DNA of 64,000 nucleotides from Cenococcum geophilum (lineage: Eukaryota), in NCBI GenBank assembly GCA_050273025.1, contig CP158636.1:6386001-6450000 (forward strand), given 5' to 3'. Made by a program: the position numbers and the translations under genes. Of this stretch, positions 1 through 13,856 are shown piece by piece. Position 1 is the first letter of the stretch; each line of letters begins with the position of its first letter. The notes under the pieces were generated by a model, which was not told where the DNA came from, searched no databases, and saw only the letters and a list, made by a program, of their open reading frames with translations.

Positions 1-3000
1 TACGTAGGGACTAGGCCTTTAAGAAAGATATATAGCTTAATCTATAATAGATCTATATACTACGCCGCCCCTAGACTACCTATATTACGCTACTCGTATT
101 AAAGACCTAGGATGTTAATAATAACTTAGAAAAGCCCCCTATAGAGAGCTTAGGCCCTATATAGCTATAAAAAATAGCAAGGGATATTAAACGCTATACT
201 AAACTAATAAATTAGAGGGATAACTTATGGAAAATAAAATAGGAGCTAAGAAAAATTATAAACCCTAAACTATAAAATATAGTTTAGTAAATAGCTATAA
301 AGAGACCTATAGACCTCCCACTAGTTAATATCTGCTATATTAGCGCCGTATGTTTTTACTAGAACTTAGTTTAGCCTAATACTATTAGTTTTATAACTAG
401 CTTATATAAAATTAACGAAATACTTAAGGAAAAGAAAAGTAAACTTAGTAGATAGGAAGGTAAGCTTATAGACAAGGAGCTAGTAGAATAGAAACTACCC
501 TATTAATACTAGAAGTTTAAGGATTATTCTTTAAGGCAGTATCTAATAGACTCCCGCCTTACTAACCGTACGACTATAAAATTAAGATTAAACTAGATAA
601 GGAAAATACCCTTAGCTTTAGCCCCCTTTACTAGCAGTCTATTACTAAATTATAGGCTATAAAGTAGTACCTTATTAATAACCTAAATAAGGGGTTTATT
701 AAGCCTAGCTAAGCCCCTTTTAACTTACCTATTCTCTTTACTAAAAAGCCAAATAGAGGCCTTTGCTTCTGTATTAATTACTATAAGCTAAATAATATAA
801 CCTATAAGGACTGCTATTTACTACCCCTACTTAATAAGATAATAGCCTAAATAAGTAGAGCTAAGGTCTTTATAAAGCTTAATATTTACTAGGCCTTCTA
901 CTAAATTAAAATAAACCCTAGCTTAGAGAATCTTATTATATTTTAGACCTATTACAGAACGTATAAATATAAGGTACTACTTTTTAGGCTAACTAACGGA
1001 CCGGCTATATACCAACGGTATATAAACGATATACTTTTTAACTACCTTAACAACTTTTATACGGCCTAGCTAGATAATATTATAATCTACTTTAAGAATA
1101 AGGGGTCGTTTGGTTGCAATATGGAGGCCTTAGATTCCATTTTATAATGTGTTGATTCGGAGTAATTTTGTCTACACAGCCTTAAAATTTTAATGTTCCT
1201 CTCACCGCTCGCAAAACGCCAGAATAGCACGCTAAAAGATTGGCAACTTTACCATATATAGCTTCTGAAATGGAGCTCTTGGCGTCATTTTAATATAGAG
1301 CTTAAAGCTCCTTTTACAGATTCCAGTTTAATATAGAGGCTTTATATTTGCACACGTCCGTGCAACCCGTAGAGCCACAGACGCGTGTCAAATCGGGAAG
1401 GAACGCGTTCTTTCTGCCGGACTTTCAGTTCATATTCAATATGACGGTTTTGCAACCAAACAATCCCTAAGCTAAAATATAAAGAGTACGTCTATAAAGT
1501 CCTCTAACGGCTCTACGAGGCTAGCCTCTAGGCCAATATTAAGAAATTGGAGTTTAGTGTTAAATATATAAAGTACTTAGGGTTTATTATTAGTATAAAT
1601 GGAATTAAAACGAACCTAGAGAAAACAGCCGTAATTACCTAGTAGGTATCCCTATGGACTGTAAGGGGGGTATAATTATTTCTAGGGTTCTATAACTTTT
1701 ACTAACGCTTTATTAAAGACTACAGCAAGACTACTAGGCCTCTTAACCGCCTTACTTAAAAAGACTAGCCCTTTTATTTTAATACCGTATATAGGTAGGC
1801 TTTTAATAAGCTTAAGAAACGACTAGTCTCCGCCCCTTTACTCGCTTACTTTAACCCAGAATAGCCCTTAATGCTAAAAACTAACGCCTTAAACAGTATT
1901 ATAGCTAGCATTTATTCCTAGAAGTAGACGGATAGAGAATAGTAACTTATTGCTTACTATTTAAAGACTATAGTAGATGCTAAGCTAAACTACCTAATTT
2001 ATAATAAAGAAATGCTAGCTATTATCTCTTACTTCTAGCACTAGCGAGTATAGTTAAAAGGGACCCCTAAGCCTATTTAGGTAGTCTCCAATTATAAGGC
2101 TTTAGAATATTTTATAATAATAAAGGCCCTTATAGTATAGTAGGCGCGCTAGGCGAATATTCTATTTTAGTTTAACTTCCTAATTATATATAGGCTAGGC
2201 GCCATTAACTGTGCGGATATACTTATAAGACATAAATAGGACCTAGATAAATAGGTAGCCGTAAAGATCTTATTATAGAGCTAGACGCTACTATAACTAG
2301 AGTATCTTAACCTTTAAATATGGGCAGAACTAAATACAGAATCTTTAGAAGCCGAGATATGCCCTATTAACTCTACGGAACTTAACCTCATTAATAAACT
2401 GCTGCAGGCAAACTATACAGCCCCTTCTCTATAGGAGTACTATAAAAAGGCAAAGGATATTACTAGCCTATAATCTCTTAAAAATAGACTACTTAAGCAT
2501 TAAGCACAGCTAATAGTAGTAGAGGAATAGAATTTACGGACTTAACCTATCGCTAAAGTATATACCTAGGTCTCTACGGCCTATTCTAGAAAAAACAAAC
2601 CTATAAAATTATTAGTAACCGTTACTACTAGCCCGAAATAGTTATAGATATTAACTATTATATACGGAACTGTAACGGTTACTATAGGTCTATAATTCTA
2701 CAAGATAAGACCCTAGGAATATTAAAACCCCTTCTAATACTAGAACGCCCTTAGTAGTATATCTCTATAAATTTCTATAAATTGCCTCCTAACTATAACG
2801 GATACGATATAGTTATAATTTTAGTTAACCGCTTTAGCAAGCGCCTATTTTTAATTCCCTATTATAAGAATATTAATGCTAAAGAGGCGGCCTAATTATA
2901 TATCTACTATATCTACCAAATTTATAGACTACTAGATACTATCGTCTCCAATTATAGGCCGTAGTTTATATTAGCCTTCTAGAACGAGTTTACCTAAATC

Positions 3001-3930
3001 TTAGGCATTAAGCTAAAGCTTTCTACGGCGTATTACCCCTAAATAGATAGTTAGACGGAGATTATAAACTAATACCTAAATTAGAGGCTCCGGCCCTTTA
3101 TTAACCACTTCTAAGATAACTAGGCCAAACTACTACCCCTTATAGACTATACCCAGGCAACCCTACCCTATAACTCTACTAGATTTCCCCCTATTTAACT
3201 AGAAATAGGTTACTTACCCCATACTAGCTTTAACTAAAAAAGACTAGAAGGACCCTAAACCGTATATAAAAAACTATCTTATAAGGAATCCTAGCAGTAC
3301 GCTAAGCGCTTAAAAGAAGCCTACATAGTAGCCTATACAAATCTAGAAAAGGCCTAGAAATTAATAAAATAGTAGATAAATAAGCATAAGCGCAAGCCTA
3401 ACTTTACCGTAGGTAATATGGTCTAGGTTATAATAAAAAACTAAAAAATATAACAACCTAGCTATAAGCTAGACTATTAGATAGTAGGACTATACAAGGT
3501 CCTTAAAAAAAGGGGTAACTTATATAGGGTAAAGCTCCTAAATTTAATAAAGGTTTACCCTTTTTTTTACTAGATAAGCTATAGAAAGCTACGGACAACC
3601 TATTACCCAGATAAAAGAATAAACCCCCCCCCCCCACCAATTTAAGTTAATGGCGACGATAAATAGGAGATTAAAGAAATACTGGCCTATAAACTAATAA
3701 GGAGAACGCTAAAATACCACGTTAGTTAAAAAGGCTATAACCTAGATTCTACCTAGTACCCTATATAGAACTTTATTAGTAGTCCCCATAAGCTTTAAGA
3801 ATTCTATAGCCGTTACCCTAATAAACTAAGACCCTTAAAGTACCTAGACGAGTAAATAGAGTATTAGTATAGTAAAGACGATAAGCTACTGGAAGAATAT
3901 AAGGATAAAAACGCCCTATAGGAGTAATAT
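1..3930 (+). pseudogene. Gypsy-A pol (RT-RNaseH-integrase-chromodomain) remnant
   Basis: Motifs as above. Many TAA/TAG stops from RIP. Interrupted by the MITE at 1102-1467. Confidence 0.85.
1102..1467. mobile_element. PIF/Harbinger (Tourist-like) MITE, 366 bp
   Basis: TIRs ggggtcgtttggttgcaa and ttgcaaccaaacaatccc match at 16/18. TAA target duplication at 1099-1101 and 1468-1470. Removing it restores the RT reading frame. No ORF. Confidence 0.85.
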
Positions 3931-4256
3931 AGATACATAAAGTCTTATGGGGGGCAAGAACTAGTCTTTAAAATTACGCAAAGCTGTTCCTATTTAGCTA
4001 GTAAGGGGATCTCTATTAACTTCTATTGGGTTCCTAGCTATTAGTAAAAAAGGGCCTTTCCAGAAGAAACCTACAATCTTCTTATACCTCCTTAGCCTAT
4101 ATAAGGAGAGCAGCAAGAGAAAAGATACTAAAATAGTGGAAAAATAACTAGTAGCAAAATAAGAATAAAGGAAGCTATTCCTTTTCTCTTAAAGCCCTTA
4201 AGGATAAATATCCTAAAGGCTACAATCAGCCTTCTTCTAGCTAAAACTAGGGAAAG

Positions 4257-4666
4257 TATAACGAAGCCTTGTAGGAAATACTACGGTAGACTTGTTAATA
4301 GGCTAGGTATATAGGTATAGAATAGTCAACAACGTAATAATAACTGGTGGAGTAGTTACCCAACAGATTAACTCTAATTGTATTCTAAGATTCATTACAA
4401 AGAGAAGAACTATCTAGGTAGGGACTGTGGTCCTTTAAATACACAACCGTACTCCTAAGAAATCCTCTTTATACGTAATGTATGTGTTATACATACGTTC
4501 CCTTTATACACTGCATATACTACGTACAACATTATATAACCTCGGTTACCATTCCTCGTCATATAGCTCTATTGGCTCCATCCTGGACCGTGCCTAAATT
4601 AACTAACTAGCTTCTTCCAACTCTTCTCCTAGTAGTCGTAACATCGTACTTAAAGCGTTCGTAACA
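4257..4666. mobile_element. Solo LTR (410 bp) related to the Gypsy-D LTR
   Basis: Termini tataacgaa (=TGTAACGAA) and ttcgtaaca. 5-bp TSD GAAAG at 4252-4256 and 4667-4671. The first ~240 bp resemble 13521-13760. Confidence 0.8.
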
Positions 4667-5326
4667 GAAAGGCTATTTTTAATCCTTTACTAAGGTAATA
4701 GGGGAGAACGAAGAAGGTAGATGCTTTGGGGAATGTAGAGCACTATAAACCCCTAGGCACCTACTACTAGACTGCAACCTATATAGAGAAAAAAGAAGAG
4801 AAATGCAAAAGAAACTAGGCTCTTCTCTCTCTTTAAAGAAGCTATTTTGCACATAAAAAAGGAAAAGAGGCGCTTTTTCTATTCTTAAGTAGGACAGGGA
4901 TAGCTACTAAAAAGTGGCTAATAACAGCAGGATCTATAGAAAGAGGTAACTCCTACTAGAATCCTAGTAAAGAGATATTAGTAAGCAAAAGGACAGAAAT
5001 AAATTATAAAAGGACAGGGACAGGCGTTAGGATCTCTTATTTTTTTTATAGTTTTCTACCGTTTTCTTATTCCCTGGTAGTTGCTTATAACTTGGTATTT
5101 TACTAAGGAACTATAAACTCCTAGTTTAGGGGTTTATAAACTACTAGGATATAGTTACTAGTATATATTAAGCTGCCCTAAGGGATTTATATATATAGGA
5201 CTATAGCGCCATAGCCTAGAGGCTACATATGCAGTATTATATGTAGTATAATATAACGGATATAAAAATAAAAATAAAAAAGATATATAAAGCCTAAGGA
5301 CAGGCTTTATTAAAGGGGGGGGGTAA

Positions 5327-5566
5327 TATTACGGCACTGGCAAAACTTAGTAGAACTTTACAGTCCTCTATACTAGTAAGTTGCTATAAATTGCCATATA
5401 TTACGGTTATGTGACGCAAAGATCTTATAAAATATTAAGCGGCGCTACTCTTCTTCTCCTTTTCTTTCTCTAGCTTTAAATCCTTATTTATAGACAATCT
5501 AATTATATAGGCTTATACGTCCCTTATACCGTGCTTATACCTCAATTAACTAAGTCGCTAATAATA
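5327..5566 (+). repeat. Gypsy-A 3' LTR
   Basis: Follows the polypurine tract and begins with RIPed TGTTAC. End is approximate. Confidence 0.65.
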
Positions 5567-6228
5567 CCCTTTTAAATCTAAGATTGATTTATTAAAGCTA
5601 AAATTCTTATTATTAAAAGTATAAGCATCCTTATATACGGGCCTATATAGGCCTACGTAAAGGTATAAAAAGCCTAAAATCCTATAATCTATAGAGCTAG
5701 ATCTGCTAAGTAGTTTAATATAATTTTTACCTTAAGAGATATTATAGGGATCTTAATCAATTTCGTTAAAATTATAAGTTTTCCTATATAAAAAACATTT
5801 ATACTTTTATATAAATCTTGCTAGGGTACCTTAGACTAAGAAATCAATTAAATATCTAAAGGAGATTAGCGCGCTAGTAAAGCGCAATTGATTTCTTAGT
5901 ATAAGTCCACTAAGGTAATGACTACTTACCTTAGCAAGCTTAGATATGATTTTTGTTAGGTGAAACCTAAGTAGATAGTTATATAGCCGCAAGGTACGGG
6001 CGACCCTAAGGCAACCCAGGGGTAACTCGCCCGTAAGGCACGTGCGCTATACATGCCTAGGGAAAACCCTTCCTACCTTATATATAGACTCCTCTTTTTC
6101 CCTTAAGGATTTATCTCTATTTATACAATATACCTATTGTTCTATTATTAGACTCCCTATCCACATCCTTACCTTATATTTAAATCCTTACTAATCCCCT
6201 TAGGAGGATAGCCGGTTTAATTTTTCTA

Positions 6229-9200
6229 TAATACCTCTAAAAAGAAAACCGACGCCTATACCCAATAGTAATACGCTAGCGATGCAACCGCAGAACGCCT
6301 TAGGATCTAGTGTAGATAAAACCACTAGAAGCACACTAGTAGAATCTAAGCTACCTTCTAAACCTTAAAACAATTAGATATCTATAAACGCTAAAGACTA
6401 GTTTAACTTATATACCTAGGCTTAATAAGAGCTTAATAAGGTTACTAGCGTCCTACCTAATACCACTAATATAAAGGAGCTAGATAAGCTAGCTAAGAAA
6501 ATAGCCAACTTACGGAGTATTATTAATTCGATAAAGCCCTCCTATTACCTCTTTAATAAAGAGTATAAGTTATATAGCGAACGCATACACCGAACAAATC
6601 TTAACGCCCTAGTTAAGAAGTTACTACCTAATATTAGTAGTACTACTTAATAGCATTTTAACCGGTGGATTGCCGCAGTTAAGAACTAATTTAAGGTTAA
6701 TGACGCTAACTATAACTATAAGCGACGCACGCGCTAGGCCATTAAAGGTCTTATAACAGAAAAGACAATCGCCTAACTAGTTTATTGCCGGTTAGGCACT
6801 AAGGATAAGGGTCCTTTACTATAGGACAAATTTAAGACTATCCCTTAACACGTTAGGGCACCCAGGGAGAAGGCCCGTGCGCGAACACCGAAACTCGAAC
6901 AACGCGTTTATCTAGGCGGCAGCGTTATTCAAGGACTTATTTTAGTTGCAGTATCTATAAAATACCGTTCTGCAAGAAGTACGACCGCTAGAGACTTTAT
7001 ATTGAGCGACTCAACTCCAAAGATAAGCTTATATATTAATTCGCTATGAAATCGGGGGCTTTGTACTTCTGGGCACGGGGCATTGGGTTCTGTTGGTCTG
7101 ATTAGTAGGCTCTTATCGATAACACGGGTGCCCAAGTTGACGTGTTAAGGGATAGTCTAAGACCAGATCAGGAACTCTATAGTAAGACGCTTTAATAACG
7201 CTATAATATACTATACGGCTATTATAAAGGAGAACTAGAGGTTTAATATCTTCCTAGCCCGTATATATAGCTTAAAGAACCTCTTCTTATATACCCCTTT
7301 TATTAATCCTAAATAATAGGTAGACTTTTAGTTCTTATATCTCCTAGCCTACCTATAAGCAGAGCTCTTCCGCCAGAACTTTACCTAATAGGTAAGAACC
7401 GCTAAAGACCTCTTTAACGAAATCCGCTATATAGAGCAATTGCTTAATACTATAAAGCTCGCAGAAGATCGTATAAGTAGCAGCGGCAAATCATCGCGTA
7501 TAAAGTATGGTCGCAGCATAGGCTTTATAAAGTTAGGCTTAGGGAATAGAACCCAAAAAGGGCAACGCTTTTTTAAGTAAACTCCTAGGGAGACTACCTA
7601 AAAGCTAAATAGCTTAGGGGACCCCCCGGACGCTAGTGCTACGCAGGTAAGTATAGGCGGCCACTATAAGGAATACTAAAAGCAGGCTAATAAAGAGAAG
7701 TTAGCTTAGGCTTTAGAAAACCCAAAGCCCTAGTAGTGTATCTCTCTTAACTACAACTAGGGCCTAATATAGAGGGAGAGAAGAAACGCATTATAGTATA
7801 TATTATAATAAATACGCCCTAAGGCGAAGTCCGCCTACGTACTTTATACAATAATAGGTACCAAATTAACCTTATTAATTAAGATGTCGTCCGTAGATTT
7901 AACCTGCCTATACGCTACGCGCTATATTTATATAAACCTATTACACGTTTCCTTAATAGTAACCAGATAATAATCTAGAATACTTATAATCTAACGGTTA
8001 CTACTAGCGACTCCTAGGGTACCTCTCGCACTATCAGCCCGCAAACCTTTTAGGGCAGCTTATTTAATGGTTATAATATAGTTCTTAGATGGGATTAGCT
8101 CACGAAAGCAGATCTATTAATTAGCTTCCATTCTAGACAGTTTATTTAGGGTACTTTAGACCCCAGACGCCTCTAAATAGTCACCCTTAACGCTCTCCTA
8201 GTAGATATTAAGGCTAGTAAAATAGTCTATTCGCTATAGCCAGAAGACTCCTTCTTTACGCCGGTTATAAATACAATAGAGGACCTATTATTACTAGTAG
8301 CAAATACCTATGCAGACCCTCTAGACGTAGAGACACCGGTTATAAACACAGTAGAGGACCTACCGTCACTGGCAGCAAGTACCTATAGAGACCCTCCGGT
8401 GCTAGCACAGATCACCTATATATAAGGGAGAGGTAATCAAAACCCCAAAACTATTAAGTATACTACAGCAGAGCTGTATATACTCTTAGTGCAAGCATAC
8501 CTATAAAACGCATACTAGCTGTACCCTTCTCTCCACTAGCTCCCGGAAGCATACTACCACGCAATAGTCGCTTTAACCTCTATAGCCCTTAGTCTACTAG
8601 AGGTATATAAGGAGGAAATTAATATCTTCTCTAATAAGCTAGTAAGTATACTACCGCAGAACTCTAAGTATAACTATATAATTGACTTAGAAGAAGGTAA
8701 GACGCCACCATAAATGCCCCTCTATAACCTCTTATAGAAAGAGTTACAGATCTTATAAAAGTACCTAGATAGTGCTCTTAAAAAGGGGCTAGATTAGGCC
8801 TAGTAAGTCGCCTACTAAAGCGCCCATCCTCTTTATACCAAAAGTAGACAGTATAATGCGGCTATATATTAACTATAGACGCCTAAATAAGATTACAATC
8901 AAAAATCAGTACCCCCTACCGCTAGTCAGCGAGCTCTTTAATAGGCTTAGCTATGCGAAAATATTTATAAAGCTGGATCTTCGTAATGCGTACCATAGGA
9001 TTCGCATTAAAAAGGGAGACGAATGGAAGACTATATTTAAGACACGCTACGGTCACTTTAAGTACCTAATAATGCCCTTTAGTCTTACTAACGCCCCTAT
9101 AACTTTCTAAAGCTATATTTATAAAGCTCTAGGAACCCTAGTAGATACCATCTATATAGTTTACCTAGATAATATTCTTATCTACTTAAATAACGAGGAT

Positions 9201-12021
9201 AAGCACGTCGAGCACGTTAAGCAGGTACTGCGACAGCTCCGCGCTTAGGGCCTATACACTAAACTATTAAAATGCATCTTTTATACTAAGAACGTTAAGT
9301 TCCTAGGCTTTATTATTACCCCTAAGGGTATTATAATAGACCTTAACCGCGTAAAAGCTATTAAGAAATAGCCTAAGCCTAAGTCCTATAGGGATATCCA
9401 GGTCTTCCTTAGCTTTGCTAACTTCTATAGGCGATTTATTTAGAACTACTTAGATACCGTATACCCCCTACACATATATCTTATATGGGCACATCGCAAC
9501 CCAATATTAGATAGGGAGAAGAAGAAGAAGTGTAAGTTAAAAGGGCCTACTAAATAGTATTAACCTTGGTCCTAGCCTAATAACGCGTAGTAGGCGTTCT
9601 GTAAGCTACGCGCTATATTTATATAGGCTCCTCTACTTCGCTACTTTAACCCTAATCTACCCTTAATAATAATTACTAACGCTTTTAACTATACCTATAG
9701 CGGTATACTTCTACAGCCTTTAGGGTAGGAAGATTAACTCCACTAGTACCTAATTACTTATTATAGTTAGAAGCTTACTAGCCTAGAAGTACGGTATAAT
9801 ACGCATAATAAAGAACTACTCGCTATAGTGTAATACTTTAAGACGTAGCGCTATTATCTTAAATACGCCACGTATATAACGCGCGTGCTTTACAATTATA
9901 ATAATTTTAGGTACTTTATCACCACTAAAAGCTTATCTACTTACTAGGCCCGGTACGCTAAGAACCTAGCTAAGTTTAATTTTAAGATTAAATATAAGCT
10001 AGGTAAAATAAATCCTACTAATATACTATCCTGGCGCCTAGATTATACTAAAGGCTTTAAAGATAGCAGTAAAAGAATAATCCTTAATACTATACTGCCT
10101 ATATTATAGCAAAAGTTATAGGTTATAGGCCTTATGGGCGGCCTTAGTACTACTATACCAAACTAGTAAGTAGCATGCGTGCAATATATAAGCGGCCCTC
10201 GCGAACTTAGCGCCGGTAGACTAGAGCATCCTACCATTTTCTTTAAGACTACTTTAACTAACCTAATAGCGCTTAACCCTAGGGAAGACCCCTTAGCCTA
10301 GGCTATAGTCCCCCGTAATAACCTAGTAAGTTACCTATATATTATACGTTACTTCGCTAGCACTAACTTTACGCAAAGTCTCGTGCCATAATAAGAGGTA
10401 GTAGTAGCTACTTTAGCTAAAACGGCGTTTATAGAGCAACCCCCTAAGTCACTAGTTAATTTCATTTATAAAGTATAAAAAAGGGACGCCTTTACACGCT
10501 CTATATATAATTAGTTAACTTAAGAATAAGTTTCTACTAGTAATAAGGACTATACCCTTAATAATTAAGGACTCCTAAGGTAAAATAATAAGGTCTAGGT
10601 GCTAAATTGCATACTACTATAATAGGAGATCCTTAAGCGGAATTATAACAATCCTATAGGCGGCTACTATAGTTTTAACCGTACTTTTAAGGTAATCGCG
10701 TAGAAGTATGCTTAGAACGGCCTTACCTAGGACCTCCGTAAATACCTAGATAATTATAATGCCTATTAACGCTCTAAATCACGCCACTATAAACCCTATA
10801 GTAAGCTGCAGCCTCTCTAGGTCCCCACCTAAGCCTAGCGGCATTATTTACTTAACTTTATTACGGATCTCCTAGAGTCTAAAACTCCTAATAGCGTAGA
10901 GTATAACTTCGTCCTTGTCCTTATAGACTGTTTTATAAAGCTAGTACGCTACTATCTAGTGCGTAAGATAATTAATGCTACGCAACTCGCAGAACTCTTA
11001 TTTAGAGTCTTTACGTAAATAGGGCTACTAAATAATATCATCTCTAATAGGGGTAGTGTATTTATAAGCGAGTACTAAAGCACCATATACTACTATCTCC
11101 GCATTTAACGTAAACTTAGCACTACATTTTACCTATAGATAGATAGTTAGACGAAGCGTTAGAACTAGGAGCTTAAGGTATACCTATATATATTTACGAA
11201 CTAGGAACAGTCTAATTAGGCCTCCCTACTTAAAGAAGCAGCCTTTACCTATAACTTTAAGGTCTATACCATAATAAAGCGTTCCCCTATTAAGCTCGCC
11301 TATAGCTAGCTACTAAACGTCCTAGATAGAGTCTTGGATAGCGTCTAAGACGCCTAGTAAGGTAGAGAGGGGTCTAAGTTAACAAATGTCCAACTCGTAG
11401 AGACGCATCTATAATGCTTACGCCTTACATATAAGGCAGCGGCGGCGTTAATAATGCACGCCTAAAAGCTTTAGGCAAAATACTATAATCGTTACTATCT
11501 AGCCAAGCATTTCGCCGTTAGTAAACGAGTCCTGCTCTTCTCTAAAAATATCCATATAAAACGTCCTTATAAAAAGCTTAACTATAAGTTTATAGGACTA
11601 TTTTAGATCCTAAAGTATATAGGGCAGTAAGTATATAAGCTAAAGCTCCCACCTACTATAGTATAGCTCTACCCAGTCTTCTATATCTCCCTACTAGATC
11701 CTTATAGGTCACGCCCTAGGTTTTAACCCCCGGCAGTAAAAGAGCTTAAGGAAGGCAGCTAGGAAGTAAAAGCAATTATCGCCTACTAGGATCATGCTGG
11801 ATAACTACAGTACCTTATTAAATAGCTAGGATGGCTAAATAAGTATAATAAATAGAAATACGAGACAGAACTTAAGAATTATTAATAACTGCTAGATAAG
11901 TACCGTAAGCGGGATACCCTAGCCTTATAGCCAAAGCGTAGGCAAAAAGTAAGCGCCGCTCTTAAAATATAACCTATATTAAAGCGGAGCAGAGGATGTC
12001 CTAAAGGATTAAAGAATAAGT
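6229..12021 (+). pseudogene. Gypsy-B copy 1 gag-pol remnant
   Basis: ORF fragment 8856-9110 is RT. Collinear with copy 2. Numerous RIP stops. Confidence 0.85.
6842..7151. mobile_element. piggyBac-like MITE, 310 bp, inserted in Gypsy-B gag
   Basis: Perfect 12-bp TIR cccttaacacgt plus a subterminal gggcaccc at unequal spacing. Absent from copy 2 (empty site aagactatggtctaa near 27452-27466). Apparent AT duplication. Confidence 0.75.
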
Positions 12022-13520
12022 AATAATTGCTATAAGAACTACAGCGCATATATAGGGTAAAGTTTTAATTTATTAATATCCTATATAAGCCACACTCTAA
12101 CGCAACCTAGTAATGCTAGTAACTCGTAGGTAAGGCTATAGCGTATACCGGCAATAAAGCTTAATTTAAAAAGCACCCTTCCTAGACCTAGTCTATTACT
12201 CTATACTAGCTAAGCAGATTACTTATATATTAGAGAACAGGCCCATTTTTAACTGGGGTCTATTTAACTAAGGTCTATGACCTACTAGTAACCCGCTAGT
12301 GGTAACCTATACTAATAACTTATATTATTCCATGTATATACTATATAGATAACACATAAGGCTAAAGTATAGGTTAGTGGCGGATTTAATAGGTATATAG
12401 CCTTGCTGTCCTAAACCTAGCTATATATAAGTAACCTATAACCTACCTACAAAGTATATACGGCGCTACGCCGGTATAGCGTAAGGCTAAAGCAGGGTTA
12501 GCGGCGGGTTTAATAGGTATATAGCCTTACCGTCTATAAATCTGGCTGTATATAAATAACTTATAACCGACTCGTAAGGTACTAGCGACCTACCTATATA
12601 AGTAAGCTTTTAGAATATTTCTGGTCTACTAAATTTAGGTAACGGTATTAAGCTCTACTAGCTCTACCTATTAAATAGATTAATTAGGATTTTCTATACT
12701 AGGTATATAAAATCGCTATTAGCTTAGTTAAATACGGGGGAGTCTTAGCAAGGTAAATCTAACTAATTAGATAACTTTAACCGCCAGTTAAAGTTCCTTA
12801 ATATCTTCGCGCCGCGTATATATACTACCCGTCTCTCTATACGCAAAATTAAAACGCTCTTTCTCCTTTAAATTTTTTCCTTACTAAGGTTTTTTATGGG
12901 GTTTTATTAAGGCTTAAGTATATAAAGAATTAGGGACGACCCTTTTTAAAGGGGGGGGCATTATTAGGTAAAACCTAAGTAGATAGTTATATAGCTGTAA
13001 GGTATAGGCGACCCTGGGGCAACCCAGGGGTAACTCGCCTGTAAGGTATGTGCGCTATATATACCTAGGGAAAACCCTTCTTACCTCGCATACAGACTCC
13101 TCTTTTTCCCTTAAGGATTCGTCTCTGTCTATACAATATACCTATTGTTCTATTATTGGACTCCCTATCCATATCCTCACCTCACAATTTTAGTTAGCGC
13201 GGATATTCTATTAGTCTACTACACTAACTAACTCTTTATAGACGCGCCGCTAAAATCACGTCTTAGCCTATTTATTAAAGTTTATAGAACCTATTATTAA
13301 TATTTATACTATAGATAGTATAGACATTTAAATTATTTAACTATAATATAAAATATCCTTTTTAAAAGTTAATTAATTATATATAAGAATATAGGCTTTT
13401 GGAAGAAGTAATTTTTATATTTTAATAATTACTTAAGTAAGTAAGTAAGTAATTTAATAATTAATTTAAAGTTTAAAAAGGCGTTATTAAAAGTTATTAA
13501 CCCTTTATATAGTGTAATAG

Positions 13521-13856
13521 TATTATAAGGCCTTATAGAAGTACTATAGTAAACCTATAAATGGGCTAGGTATATAGACAGATATAACTTAATAATACTT
13601 TTAACTTATAAAGTAAGTGCCTAATAGATTAACTCCAATCTATTCTATAAATTACTATAAAGAGAGAACTATTTATAGTAGGGACTGCGTCCTTTAAATA
13701 TATAACCGTATACCTAGGAAATCCCTTTATATATTATATATTATACGCGTTATATATAAGTATATAACCTATATCTTAGCTAGTAAATCTAGTAATACGC
13801 TAATATTATTAAGTCTCTTTAGTACTTATAATATCTATAATATAAGGTCTATAATA
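13521..13856 (-). repeat. Gypsy-D 3' LTR
   Basis: RIPed TGTTAC...GTAACA termini, homology to the solo LTR at 4257-4666, adjacent PPT. Confidence 0.7.

Larger units (their letters stand above)
1..5566 (+). mobile_element. Ty3/Gypsy chromovirus family A, RIP-degraded, 5' part outside window
   Basis: De-RIPed translation shows RT (F..LTNGPA ~985; LDDIIIYS-like ~1070), RNase H (ETDAS ~1880), integrase (~2750-3200) and chromodomain (WEVEEIL..YHVSWKGY ~3660-3770). PPT aaagggggggggtaa at ~5312-5326 is followed by an LTR starting tattacgg (=TGTTACGG). Right end is approximate. Confidence 0.85.
5954..13186 (+). mobile_element. Ty3/Gypsy chromovirus family B, copy 1 (full length, RIPed)
   Basis: 225-bp LTRs at 5954-6178 and 12962-13186 (TGTTAGGTG...CCTCACA). 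TSD ATTTT. PPT aaaggggggggca. RT ([29 protein letters not shown]), RNase H, integrase and chromodomain (~11760-11890) are recognisable. Confidence 0.95.

Noticed and set aside
3925..5195. Tc1/mariner-type TIR element
   Set aside because: The putative TIRs align poorly and no convincing TSD was found.
6929..7135. 68-aa ORF in the MITE
   Set aside because: Non-ATG start, no transposase motifs, and it overlaps the terminal repeat region.
13433..13452. (TAAG)n as a LINE tail or telomeric repeat
   Set aside because: Only about 4 units, not TTAGGG, and the adjacent RIPed sequence could not be identified.
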